From assembly GCF_964355755.1 (NCBI RefSeq), contig NC_092672.1:32680437-32744436 (forward strand): 64,000 nucleotides of DNA, written 5' to 3'. Position 1 is the first letter of the stretch, and every line of letters begins with the position of its first letter. The DNA comes from Antedon mediterranea. Lineage: Eukaryota; Animalia; Echinodermata. Both the position numbers and the translations under genes were made by a program. A model generated the notes under the pieces. It was given only the letters and a program-made list of their open reading frames with translations, made no database searches and was not told the DNA's origin. Below are positions 12,378 to 24,400 of the stretch, piece by piece.

Positions 12378-12883
12378 ATATTTTACTTTACCTAAATATC
12401 AATTTTATAAACGTTAATTTTATACCTTGCTAAATTGTTACGGTCCATATCTGACCACATTTTTTTTTGCCTTTTCTTTATTTATTAAAAACTCACAATT
12501 GATTATATCTTCTAACTCCGCAGTGAACATTAACCATGGACATTTTTTAACAAGTCCTAGTCCTGTGTTTGACTTTATTTTTATAAACACAGAAAGTTAA
12601 AATGGAAAATATTTCATTAATTTTGATATCATATTTTCCAAGTAAAATTTTCTCCCATGTAACTTCCTGAGTAAATGCAAAACATGTTTTCAACATAGCG
12701 CAACATTTTACCCAGCAATGCTTTGCTTAGTCGTTTTAGTATTTCTGGTCTTTGTGCACATGGCGTATGTCGAATACTTTGATGATGTCGCATACATTGA
12801 GTGATGCTACTCAAGTACTCTGTTCGACGTGGTTACTGGATGGAAAGTTGTGTAGTAACTTTATACAAATGATAACATATTGG

Positions 12884-14845
12884 TTAATCATTTAGTTTAA
12901 TTTTAGGTTGCTTCTGAGCGCGAACAATATAACATTTTGTATCAATATTTTTCATATCTTGAATAGCCTTCGATGCAGCGTCATGGTTTTCAAAGCTTAC
13001 AAAACCGAAGCCTCTGCTTTTTGAATTTTCATCACGCATCACTTTCGCACTGACGATTTTTCCATATTTACTAAACTTTTCAACCAGTTGATCATCTGTA
13101 ATATCAAGGTTCAAGTTCTTGACATAAACGTTTATGTAACTCTTCATTTTATCAACCTTCTCGGCAGCTCTGGCTTTACGACGAATCATATGACTTAGAT
13201 ATACTTGTTTTCCATTGTGCAACATGCCGTTGACTTTACTTATAGCCTTTGAGGCAGCATCTTCACTCTTAAATTGGATAAACCCATAGCCTTTAGACTC
13301 ATTGTTTTCATCACATAGAATCTTACAAGACAAAATTTTACCAAACACTGAAAATGCGTCATACAGAGCTTTGTTATCAATTGCCTTGTCCAGATTTGCA
13401 ATAAAGACGTCTCTCATCATGCCAGGTAAACTTGAATTACGTTTGGACCCCATGATATCTTTGCTATTACCAGTTGACGTGGTTACATGATGCGTTGTTT
13501 TGCGAGGAATCCAACCGAGATATACTTCTTTTCCATTGTGCAACATGCCATTGACTTTACGTATAGCCTTTGAGGCAGCCTCTTCTTTCTCAAATTGGAT
13601 AAACCCATAGCTATTAGACTCATTGTTTTCATCACACTGAATCTTACAAGATAACATGTTACCAAACTCTGAAAATATATCATTCAGAGCTTTGTTATCA
13701 ATTGCCTTGTCTAAGTTGTCAAAGTAGATATATCCTGTGTGGATAGAATTTCTCCAATCTCTAGGAGGATGTGATAGTGTAGGTGATGTGACCACATTTG
13801 TCTTCTGAGGAATGTTCTGGGTTTGGTTAGGTGGTATTATTTGTTTTGCACCCAGCAAATTGCGTGAATAATATAAAGCAGGATATATCGGACTTGTATA
13901 GCTGAAATGTCTCCCTTCACTGGATGGTGAAACAGCAGGTATTTGACCAGTCTTTCGCCATAACATACATTTTACTCGTAGATTACGCTGTGATCGAAAG
14001 TTAAAATGTTGGGACATGTCATTTATATACCAGGATTTTTCTGTTTTGGGTAACCGGTATGAATGTTCTTCATCTCGATCAATGCTGTAAACCTCAATAA
14101 ATTGTGCCTGTCGAGCAACAGAACTAAAAAAATCCGTATTACCTCCTTTTGAATTTTCCAAATACAAAATAAAGGCACCTGGTTTAGCTTGGTTTAGAAG
14201 TCTTCGTAGTGTCTGTTGTGAATTCGGTAGTGCCTTTATAGCCGATATAAACTTACTACATGTAATCAGATCTGCACTAGCTATGGCTTTTACATGATCA
14301 TGTGAAATATATCCTCTAATACCGACTTCAAAATGAAGATAGTCAACTGATACGCTTGATTTTCCACTTAGACTTGATAATAAACAATTAAATGCAATTT
14401 TCCAATTGAGATGTCGATCCAAAACCGTCGCACGAATCATTACTTCTGTATAACCGTTACTGTTGAGAAACATCTTAACACCAAACAAGTCCGTTCCCGG
14501 GCCTCCACCCAAAGCGCAGACATTTAGACAGCCACGACGTGAAATAATGTCCAATAGAGTGTTTAAATGACCGTGATCAAAACATTGTTGTAGACTGTCG
14601 GAAATACCATAACATAATACGGGAAAATATAGAAACACATAACAGGCTTGGTACGCAGGATCGTCAAAATCTACATCTCCGCCACCATCTTTCAGCGATG
14701 AGCCTTTATAAGCGTTACACAGTTGTTCAATGCAATTAGCCAGTTTATCACGACCTTTGTTGGAATACTTTAAAATTTCATGTACTCCATACTTTATAAG
14801 AATCAGAACAGGTTTGCCTAGAGGCCAAGTCTGGTAATTATCCAT
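12884..14845 (-). CDS. Single-exon methyltransferase-like protein (paralogue 2) fused to three PABP-like RRM domains
   Basis: 653-aa ORF; N-terminal LNVCALGGGPGTDL domain; two copies of NLDKAIDNKAL...FG.ILSCKI.CDENNES.GYGFIQF (PABPC RRM2-like), then NVYVKNL...SRGFGFVSFENHDAA (RRM3-like); no CaaX. Confidence 0.9.
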   Translation of the reverse strand: MDNYQTWPLGKPVLILIKYGVHEILKYSNKGRDKLANCIEQLCNAYKGSSLKDGGGDVDFDDPAYQACYVFLYFPVLCYGISDSLQQCFDHGHLNTLLDIISRRGCLNVCALGGGPGTDLFGVKMFLNSNGYTEVMIRATVLDRHLNWKIAFNCLLSSLSGKSSVSVDYLHFEVGIRGYISHDHVKAIASADLITCSKFISAIKALPNSQQTLRRLLNQAKPGAFILYLENSKGGNTDFFSSVARQAQFIEVYSIDRDEEHSYRLPKTEKSWYINDMSQHFNFRSQRNLRVKCMLWRKTGQIPAVSPSSEGRHFSYTSPIYPALYYSRNLLGAKQIIPPNQTQNIPQKTNVVTSPTLSHPPRDWRNSIHTGYIYFDNLDKAIDNKALNDIFSEFGNMLSCKIQCDENNESNSYGFIQFEKEEAASKAIRKVNGMLHNGKEVYLGWIPRKTTHHVTTSTGNSKDIMGSKRNSSLPGMMRDVFIANLDKAIDNKALYDAFSVFGKILSCKILCDENNESKGYGFIQFKSEDAASKAISKVNGMLHNGKQVYLSHMIRRKARAAEKVDKMKSYINVYVKNLNLDITDDQLVEKFSKYGKIVSAKVMRDENSKSRGFGFVSFENHDAASKAIQDMKNIDTKCYIVRAQKQPKIKLND

Positions 14846-15470
14846 TTTTCAGTGCTAGGCCTATGGGTTGCGTATGCAGTAGTAGTATAAGATGTATAAT
14901 ATGATGATAACTAAAATGTTTAGAAATTTCCAAACTTTAGTCATTACTATTTTTAGAAGTCATGACAAGTTAGCCATGCATGCGATCATAACAATGTTCA
15001 ATTCATTACAATATACCTACTTATATAACGCGATCGATACCGACAGAAAAATCGGCAGTAAACATTCAGAATTTAAGCTTAATCATTATAACAAGTTAAA
15101 AAGAATTGTAATTGACAATATGTGTTAGTTCTTAGAATATATTGGTCATGTGACTGTCCTTTTCAAAATGTAGGTACAGTATGTATTTAATCATGGATTC
15201 TTTAATCCATGATTTAATAAAGTGATTATGATTGGTTGATCTCTATTATAAGGAAAACAATACACACACAGTGTATGATAGCTACAGACTACCTGGGCCA
15301 TGGAAGGCTATCAAATAGCCTTGCCTGGACCAGTGTGAAATGTGTAATTTAACTCTTCCCTGCTTGACCATAGAAATCAAAACTGTGTAGAGGTGGGGGA
15401 GCGAGGAATACATGACGTAGTATGGACTGGCTAGACAAGATATTGATTTGAATTCAAATAGGACTACTTA

Positions 15471-16605
15471 TAAATCAGCATAGAATACATAAAAGGCCGA
15501 CTATTCAAGGCTACCCTTCACTTGAAGCCGGCCGAGGGGGTGTACCTTTTCATCGTGTAGAATAAACATCGCCCTTCTAAAGTGATCTTTTGAACCATAC
15601 AGTGTGTGGTTAGGCCTATTATAGTTTTCTTTTCAATTCAATTCAATTTCTTTATTGCTGCAAATTCCATCAAGGGCTAATACCGCTTAACTACATCATA
15701 CAAACATAATACATATTTACATATAAAATTGTGGTTATAATTACTATAGTTATTATTGTCATTACTATTATTTTATGATTTGAATACTGTAATTGAAAAC
15801 TTTTAGGGGAATTCTTCTAAAAATCTATTAACACGATGAAAATGTAGTTTTCTGCTTGTCAATGGAGTCAGGATTATGATCATCAAAATCAAATAGAAGG
15901 TTCCGGGTTTGAATCTCGGTTGGGCGGCTTTATCTCATTTTCACAGATTTCCTCTCGTCTTTACCTTTTCACTAATTAATTTTCAGTATATCACCGGGCG
16001 GTTTGTAATGCCTGTACATTTACTTATAATCCTAGGCCTAATCTACCGATTCTTATCTGAATCGTGCATATCTAAATATTTACTTAATATATTATTATTA
16101 AGTATATTTGTTCTTTCACTGTAATACTGTACGCTTAATATTAAATCAGCATAGAATACATAAAAGGCCGACTATTCAAAGCTACCCTTCTCGTGAAGCC
16201 GAGGGGGTGTTATACCTTTTCATCGTTTAGAATAAACATTGCCCAGTTCTAAAGTGATCTTTTGAATCATATACAGTGTGTGATTAGGCTTATTATAGTT
16301 TTATTTCTTTATCGCTGTCAATGGAGTCGCACTATGATCATCACAATCAAATAGAAGGTTCCGGGTTTGAATCTCGGTTGGGCGGCTTTATCTCATTTTC
16401 ACAGATTTCCTATCTTTACCTTTTCACTAATTTATTTTCAGTATAGGCCTATCACCGGGCGGTTTGTAATTCCTGTACATTTACTTTTAATGTATAGGCC
16501 TAATCTACCGATTCTTATCTGAATCATGCAATCTAAATATTTACTTAATATATTATTATTAAGTATATTACGTTCTTTCACTATAATACTGTACGCTTAA
16601 TATTA
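15471..16605. repeat. Local tandem duplication of non-coding sequence (~15471-16140 vs ~16143-16605)
   Basis: taaatcagcatagaatacataaaaggccgactattcaa and aaggttccgggtttgaatctcggttgggcggc blocks each occur twice. Confidence 0.85.
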
Positions 16606-17044
16606 AAACACTCAAAGTTCAAAATCTCAGTTTTAGTTTTTTTCCACACTAGTAAATTACACAAAAAAGGTAAAATGGTACAATTTCGTAATAAATTTAT
16701 ATATGAAAATTATATATATATAATTATATAATAATTAAATTGGTAAATATAATTTTAACTGAAGGGGAGCACAATCGACATTTAGGGCTGCCTCCCAACC
16801 CCTTTTTGTAGAGTAATTTATAATATCGGCTACACAAATTCTTTGATGAATGATGCATGTAATCCAAATAATCTAACGTTGTTTATCTGAATTAAGCTTA
16901 TTCAAATATTTACTTAATATCCTTAGATTTTTCTTTCAATTAGGCCTAATATTTAAAAAAAAGAATAAAACCGCTGGCACATATTTTAGGTTTTTTAGTT
17001 TATTGTTTCACATGGATGTTTATAAATTACATAAAATAATATAC

Positions 17045-17355
17045 AAATAATGAATGTTTATGAGTGCAATGGTACAAATAATGGCACGAGGTGAATGATG
17101 AAAGGTTATATCAACGAGGCAAAGCCGAGTTGATATAACCTTTCATCATTCACCAAGTGCCATTATTTGTACCATTACACGAATACAAAACATTCATTAT
17201 TTGTTTTATATAACATCTAGACGTTTTTTTTTCGTACACAAAAATGTTTCAAAAAGTACTATTTAACGATCGTTGAATAGTGCGTACTATTGCACGCCAT
17301 GTGACCCACATTCGTCCAATCAAATGACAGGAATTTATATAGGTGTTATATAATA
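17045..17355. mobile_element. Hairpin-containing non-autonomous repeat, possibly Crypton-like
   Basis: ~70-bp-stem palindrome 17045-17202 around the loop gaggcaaagccga; ends ccaatcaaatgacaggaattt...ttatataataa. Confidence 0.5.
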
Positions 17356-17727
17356 AGTAATAATTTCATAATACATGTATATATAACATACCATTACAAA
17401 TTAAATACATCTTCTGTATGCATTAAATAGTTTCATTAAAACAAAATTTATCAGACAATATAAAATCAACATAGTTTTCAATATATATAGCTTGATTGAT
17501 CAAATATTCTACTTCTTCGTCCAAATATGAGCAAACTTCATTGTTAAAGGCTACTGCTCCACTGGCTCTAGCTTATGCATACGGTGTGCTGCATAGTTAC
17601 ATAATAAAATTCACAATCATATTTTTTAAACATTTCAAACTGGCACTATTATTAGTACAAATTTGCATTGCTGAGAGTCGATCCGGAGGACGTTACAGTA
17701 CCACTGCATTCATTAAAATAAATCAAG

Positions 17728-18942
17728 TTACAGCAAAATACATGGGCATGTTGTTGCGGAACGCGACTGTTGAACTTCTGTTCTTCGCCGCTGTCGTGAT
17801 TCTGCTTCTTGGCGACCTCGCTCTTCTGGACGTTGGTTTCTTTGAGTTTCTGGATAACCTGTAATATACTCGTTAGATAATTGTCTATGTGCTTGCAGTT
17901 GTTGTTGTCTTAACGCTTCTAATCTGGCTTTTCTTTGAGCTTGATAGTTTGCTGAAGGAATTGTAATGGCATGATGGTCAGATGTTTGCCTTGCTGAATC
18001 ATGTCCAAATCTTGTATAGCTTCTCCCATCACTGCATGGTGAAACAGCGGGTATCTGACCAGTCTTTCGCCATAACATACATTTTACTCGTAGGTTACGC
18101 TGTGAACTGAAATTAAACAATTGGGACAACTCTTTTATCTGCCAAGATTGTTCTGCCCTGGGCAGCTGATACGGATTCTCCTCACCTCGATCAATGGTAG
18201 CAACCTCAACAAAGTTTGCCTGCCTAGCAACAGAACTAAAAAACTCTGTGTTTCCACCTTTTGAATTTTCCAAATAGAATATGTAGGCACCTGGTTTAGC
18301 ATGGCTTAGTAATTCTTTGAGTGCATGTCGTGAATTTGGTAGTGCCTTTATAGCAGATATAAACTTACTACATGTGATCAGATCTGCCTTAGCTATGGCT
18401 TTAAGATTTTCAGATGCAACATGTCTACTACTGGCTTCAAAATGAAGATAACCAGCTGATAATTGTGGTTGCTGATCTAGGCTTGCTAATAAGCATTCAA
18501 AAGCAACATCCCAGCTGGAATGTCTATCAAGAACAGTCGCAGTAATTTGAATATCTTTACAACCTCTACTGTTGAGAAACATCCTGACACCAAACAAGTC
18601 TGTTCCGGGTCCTCCACCCAAAGCGCAGACATTAAGACAGCGACGAAGGGAAACTCTTTCTAATAGCATGTTTAAATGCATGTCAAAGTAGAATTGTTGT
18701 AGACTGTCGAAGATACCATAGCATAAGGCGGGAAAATAGAGAAACACATAACAGGCTTGGTACGCAGGATCGTCAAAATCTACATCTCCGTCACCTTGAT
18801 AAAGCGATGAGGGTTTATAACAGTTGACAAGTTCCTGCATGCATTCGGCCATGGCCAGTTCGTCATGCCTGTCGGTGTACAGAAATATTCTATGGACCCC
18901 TTGCTTCATGAGAAGCAGAACAGGTTGTCCAAATCCTTCCAT
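17728..18942 (-). CDS. Single-exon methyltransferase-like protein (paralogue 3), C-terminal CaaX (CPCILL)
   Basis: 404-aa ORF closely similar to 133-1731 but without the Gln-repeat expansion; flanks are also homologous. Confidence 0.85.
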   Translation of the reverse strand: MEGFGQPVLLLMKQGVHRIFLYTDRHDELAMAECMQELVNCYKPSSLYQGDGDVDFDDPAYQACYVFLYFPALCYGIFDSLQQFYFDMHLNMLLERVSLRRCLNVCALGGGPGTDLFGVRMFLNSRGCKDIQITATVLDRHSSWDVAFECLLASLDQQPQLSAGYLHFEASSRHVASENLKAIAKADLITCSKFISAIKALPNSRHALKELLSHAKPGAYIFYLENSKGGNTEFFSSVARQANFVEVATIDRGEENPYQLPRAEQSWQIKELSQLFNFSSQRNLRVKCMLWRKTGQIPAVSPCSDGRSYTRFGHDSARQTSDHHAITIPSANYQAQRKARLEALRQQQLQAHRQLSNEYITGYPETQRNQRPEERGRQEAESRQRRRTEVQQSRSATTCPCILL

Positions 18943-19079
18943 CTGATGTGCCGCTCTCTGGTGAAAATGTTAATATAATTATTCTGTTCAAGCTCTAGAA
19001 ATAACAGTCAAATACCGTTTGATATATCCCGTATAGATCAGGTGATCTGAGTTTAAACATATTCAGCCTATCGCGAGAA

Positions 19080-19370
19080 CGTAAAATTTCCACTGACGTA
19101 ATATTTAGCTATTGCTACCTGTTAAGTCTAGATATAAAACCTCAGAGTCAGACCAGATTGTGGAATTTTCACATCAAGTAGCTGCAGGGCTTACAGGCCT
19201 ATCGTATATGAGAATAGTAGGCCTAGTCCGAACAACATGAACAATTTTTTGCTGCACGATGTGAGAAATTGGAATTTCCACTGAAGTAATTATCTTAAGA
19301 GTGAAATATTTTGTTATAGTAGCTATAAAATACATTTATTTACAGAACTCGAAACTGGAATTTCCATTTT
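19080..19370. promoter_or_regulatory. Cluster of NF-kB-like sites and a CRE-like motif upstream of methyltransferase paralogue 3
   Basis: TGGAATTTCC at 19270-19279 and 19356-19365; near matches at ~19083 (next to tgacgt) and 19161. Confidence 0.5.
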
Positions 19371-19563
19371 AGTCACATGATATATATGGAGAATGATTCA
19401 TAGTGACCGTAACTACAACAACACTCTTGAGCTATATAGATTTCTACGATTTGCTGCCAGATGAAGCATAACGTATTCAATGACTATGTTTATTATCATA
19501 ATGTAGATAAATTAAATATACAGAGTGTGTGTGCGTCACATTCACATAGTTATGGAACGCCGT

Positions 19564-20574
19564 TTACGCAACATTTCAATGATATGAATTTTATGACGCG
19601 ATATGTGAATGAAATGCATCGATATGAATTGAATGGCGCGATATATGAATGAAATGTTTTGAATTGAATGCTTTGAATTGAATGTTTTGAATGAAAGGTT
19701 TTGAATGAAATGTTTTATTTTGAATAAATTGTTTTGAATGCAATGTTTTTAATGAAATGTTTTGAATGAAATGTTTTGAATGAAATGTTTTGAATTAAAT
19801 ATTTTAAATGAAATGTTTTGAATGAAATGTTTGAATTGAATTGAAAAGTCAAACTATTGGTGGCGTGGATGTCATTCCCGCTCGCGATTTTTTTCTCAAC
19901 CTCTTAGGCCTAAGCGTGGGTACCCTCATCTCCTTTCCACGCTGCCTAATTACAGAGAATCCTAACAGACCTGGGTTCGGAAATATGTATTCCAATGTTT
20001 CAGGTCTGTTAGGATTCTCTGTAAAGGATCCATATTGATGACAGCGTGGAAAGGAGATGAGGGTACCCAGCTTAGGAGGCCTAAGAGGTTAAAACAAAAT
20101 AGCGAGCGGGAATGACATACGCCGCCAATAGTTTGACTTTTCAATTCAATTCAAACATTTCATTCAAAACATTTCGTTCAAAACATTTCATTCAAAACAT
20201 TTTATTCAAAACATTCAAATCAAAACATTTCATTCAAAACATTTCATTCAAAACATTTCATTCAAAACATTCAATTCAAAGCATTCAATTCAAAACATTT
20301 CATTCATATATCGCGCCATTCAATTCATATCGATGCATTTCATTCACATATCGCGTCTAGTCTGGGTTCCAGACGGAGTTTTGTCTTAATATTAGTTAAA
20401 AGATAAATATTTTGGCACATATGGCGTTTCATACGTATACTACTTGATTTTGGATATTTTCAGACAAAAATCGCGGTCGAAATAAAAACAAATAAATTTG
20501 AAAAAAAGATAATACAGACTTGGAGCAAGTCTAATATCGCGTCATAAAATTCATATCATCAAAATGTTGCGTAA
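19564..20574. mobile_element. ~1-kb palindromic (foldback) element with internal GAATG/CATTC-type microsatellite arms
   Basis: ttacgcaacatttcaatgatatgaattttatgacgcgatat mirrored at 20534-20574; (gaatgaaatgtttt)n mirrored by (aaaacatttcattc)n; central 24-bp-stem hairpin at ~19950-20024. Confidence 0.85.
20358..20533. mobile_element. 176-bp insertion with TAG...CTA ends flanked by a 10-bp direct repeat
   Basis: atatcgcgtc at 20348-20357 and 20534-20543; interrupts only the right arm of the palindrome. Confidence 0.6.
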
Positions 20575-20587
20575 GGTGATTGATTTT

Positions 20588-20608
20588 GGAAATTCCCTTG
20601 TTACGTCA
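20588..20608 (-). promoter_or_regulatory. Consensus NF-kB site (GGGAATTTCC on minus strand) with adjacent CRE-like ttacgtca, upstream of the putative non-coding first exon of the ZAP-like gene
   Basis: ggaaattccc at 20588-20597; ttacgtca at 20601-20608; candidate donor aag/gtaggt at 20780/20781. Confidence 0.55.
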
Positions 20609-21469
20609 CACACTCTTTTCCAGGTCGTCGTTGTTGTTGCAGGCGCAAACAACCAATTAGATTAGACCTGATGTGAGCGAGGCTGTGTTAGTTGGCCCAG
20701 CCAGATGTAGATAGTAGGCCTACGCGATCACATTGACTGGCCTTGGTTGCTTCTTAGTTTTTAGTTAATGTGAAAAAAAGGTAGGTTGAATATAATTTGG
20801 TTATTTAGAGTACAAAACTAACGGACTCTTTCTCTCTCCGTCCGTACGTACTACACAAAAGGCCTAGGCCTATAATTATTATAATAAAATGATGGCCTTG
20901 GCCCTTGTAAATGCTATTTTTTTTTATCATATGCTAGGCTAGGTCATGTTCATTAATGTTGCACATTCGTTTTACACGACCTAGGCTATCAGAGACACAA
21001 GGAATCGGAACAGTTACCTTCCCATGATTAATAGATCACTGTGTGACTATTTGTTTTTGTAGGAATGCCACAATAGAAAGAACAGTGGATTGGGTAATAA
21101 CTCAAGAGCTACCAACACTCCCTCCCATCCCCTGGATCTCCCCTCCCCTGGATTTCCCCTCCACTCAGCTATATATGCGCCATTTCACTTAATATGAATG
21201 TCGCTAACGCGTAATCAGTTAGAGAATAAATGGCAAAATCAGCACTGTGGTCATGTTACAAGAGTAGTCAAAACAATATAGATATCTGATAAAAATCCTA
21301 GAAAGTAGGAAAAAGTTTGCCATTTTTCCCCTGACTGTAATAAAATAGGCATGGACAACTAGCGCAAACCTAAACTGGAGCCGGAGCTGGATATTGCAAT
21401 TTGAGCTTATTAAAATAAATTGGTCTGAGTATATTATGATTTTATAATTTTCTTTGTTACTCTATAGCA

Positions 21470-24400
21470 ATGGAAGACAACAGAAAAAGACAACGTTATC
21501 GTGGCAGTCGTGGGCGGGGTGGTAAAAAAAATAAACAAAAATGTTTAACAAGCAAATCGAACGTAATAGAGAAAGCTTTGAAGACAGTCTGCGAAAATGG
21601 TGGTAGTATTTCTTTTGAAGATCTTGAAGCGAAAGTTGGAAAGATTTCACCTGATCTAGAAAGTTTTGAATACATGATATCACATCTTGATCATGAGTAT
21701 TACCATTTTACCTTGGTAGACCATGAAGATGGTAGTACTGATGTTCAAGTGTTCACTCAAGTTAAGATCTGCCCGTCCTACCAAAAGAATGGCGAATGCA
21801 GGAAAGGTGATACTTGCTCAGATTTACACCTGTGTGGTTACTTTGCTACAGGTACGGTTTATAATTGGCAGCCATTGTATTGCTAATTTTGTTTTTCAAT
21901 TTTTTATGTTATAAAAGTATAAAATTCATTTTTGTATCTTAATGCAACTTGTCTATATTTAGTGGGCCTCCTATCAAAAACTGTTTGTATTGGAGTTTCT
22001 TGAAGGTCCCTTTCATCTAAATTAAATTAATTACTCTTAATTTGTACTTTTTTATTTCTTTCATTAAAGGTTCTTTCTGCAAGTTTAAGATAAACTGTAG
22101 ACAAACTCATCATTATCGATCAGATCACAACAAGCAGGTGTTAAGGAATTTCAAAATTGCCTTCTTGTCCCAGGGACTGGCAAGTGTGCTATTTCGATGG
22201 TCCTGGCCACAGTTTACTGTTCCCGATTTCTGTGGGAAATACCGCAGCAAGACCGGTTGTGGCAAGCATAATTGCAGATTTCTACACATTTGCAAGTAAG
22301 AAACAATCTGTAAAACCACCCCGCAATTTGATTTGGGGTATGTTATGCACCATGTGCCCGCTGCGTAGTTTGCACTGTTACATACCAAAATTTACTATAT
22401 TCTTTACAAAATGGAAGAACCATCAACATTTTAGTGAGAATGCTATGGATTTTACCAAAAAAAAAAGATAATTAATTCAGCAATACCTGTATATGCATTG
22501 CTTTTACAAAATGTATACATTTATACGGCTTTACCACGTTGAAACACTGTCTTTAAACTCCCTTTGTGTTCATTATGTGCATTTCAGAAATCATGTTATG
22601 GAAACTTGCAAATTTGGCGCACGGTGTAAGTTTGCCCATGATATTTACCACGATAGATTTAATACTCAATTACTAAAGCAGTTTGGGATTAGACTTGGCA
22701 GCAGTTCTGATGATATAATCCGCCTTATTAAGGAGCGCCATGAAGGATTCTATCGTCCTGATGTTGAGGTGCTTCAGGGTGAATGTGAAAAAACTGAGAG
22801 TGAATACAGTTTTGGGGAACGCAGCTGTGAGGAAGAAAGCCAATACAGCCAAGAAGACGGCAGCGATGACGATAGAGAAAGCATTGTATCTAGTTCTACT
22901 AATGAATTATATCAGGGAGCAGGTATGTTAAGTATACTATCATTTTACCAACAAAACAGCTAATTGGAGAGAAAAAGTGCAGATGATCAAATAATCATAC
23001 AAAGATATCTCCCAAGTTTCCGATAATTACAAATGATTCCCAACATTTTGAGAGATTTCTTGTCATTTCCCACCAAATTCTCCTAATTGTTTTGGTACAA
23101 AAAAGACATCCTGAAATGCATAAATTTATCATTTAGGCTCTACTAATATAAAAATGCATTGCCATCACAATGCATGTCATCATAATAATGCCAAGCTTGA
23201 AGTGCCTGCTTACTGTAGATGCTGATGCTAGATATTTTTAAAATAGCGCCATCTATTGGTGGTTGTATTTTGCTTTTAAAATATATCGTCCTCTATGGTA
23301 ATATAATATATCCCGTTTTAAAATTTTTCTTTCTTTTAAACAAAATGATATACACACCGGCAGCAAAATTTAAATATTGTTTTATTTTAATTTTTTTAAT
23401 TTTATGTATTTAAGCACATGTGGCCAACTGGGTGCACCGTGTACACTGGACCTACGTTTTTTTTATAGTCCTATTCATGAAGACTTGTTCCACCACCAGA
23501 ACTCGGAGCAGTTTGGCCGTGAACACATGTCGATATTGTTGGCTCTTTAGGTACAGTAAACAGCGCCCCTACCTTAACTGCTCAGCCATTTGACTCACTT
23601 ATACCAATAGATATTATTATTATTAAAATTTAATTTTATTTCTAATTAGCTTCCAACGCTAGACAAAGGTACAGACATCGCCATCGTGGTCGCCGCCGTA
23701 ATTATAATCGAAGAAAGAAAGAAGAAAGTCTCACAAGTAAATCTTCTGTCGCTGAGAGATCACTGCAAGTAGTCTGTCAAAATGGTGGTAGTATTTCAGC
23801 GCAAGATCTTAAAGAGAAAGTTGGAAAGATTTCACCCGATCTAGGAAGTTTGGAAAACATCATATCAGACCTTGATCATGAGAATTACCATTTTAAGTTC
23901 ATAGACTATGAAGATGGTAATGTTGATGTTGAAGTGTACACTCAAGTTAATATCTGTCAAACATATCAAAAGAATGAATGCACCGATGACTGCACTGATT
24001 TACACCTGTGTGGCTACTTTGCTACAGGTATGGTAGTCTGTATTAACCCACCTAAACATGTTCCTCACCCCAAAACATGTTTTACATTAATGCAAAATCA
24101 GAAGTGCTTCTATGCAGAAGAGGTAAAGCCCAATCTAGTTCCCTCCAGACTTTAATATAGTTTGTTTTACTGGAGGAAGACCACGAAACCCCTGTTCCTC
24201 TCACATGCAATTCTAAAGTTTGTGTAACTTTTGAAACTTGACACAGAAAGTATATTACTCTAACCATTTGGTATTTTTCAATATATACAGTACATAAAGT
24301 ATGTAATATTCAAGATCACTCTCAGTGCAGAGAGGTATAACAATATTTTTAGTCGCGTGGAAGCGACTCTATAGTTCACTATGTCGGTCGGTCTGTCGGT

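Noticed and set aside
15895-15930. tRNA-like B box (ggtttgaatc), repeated at ~16360
   Set aside because: No A box or cloverleaf; probably a decayed repeat within a local duplication
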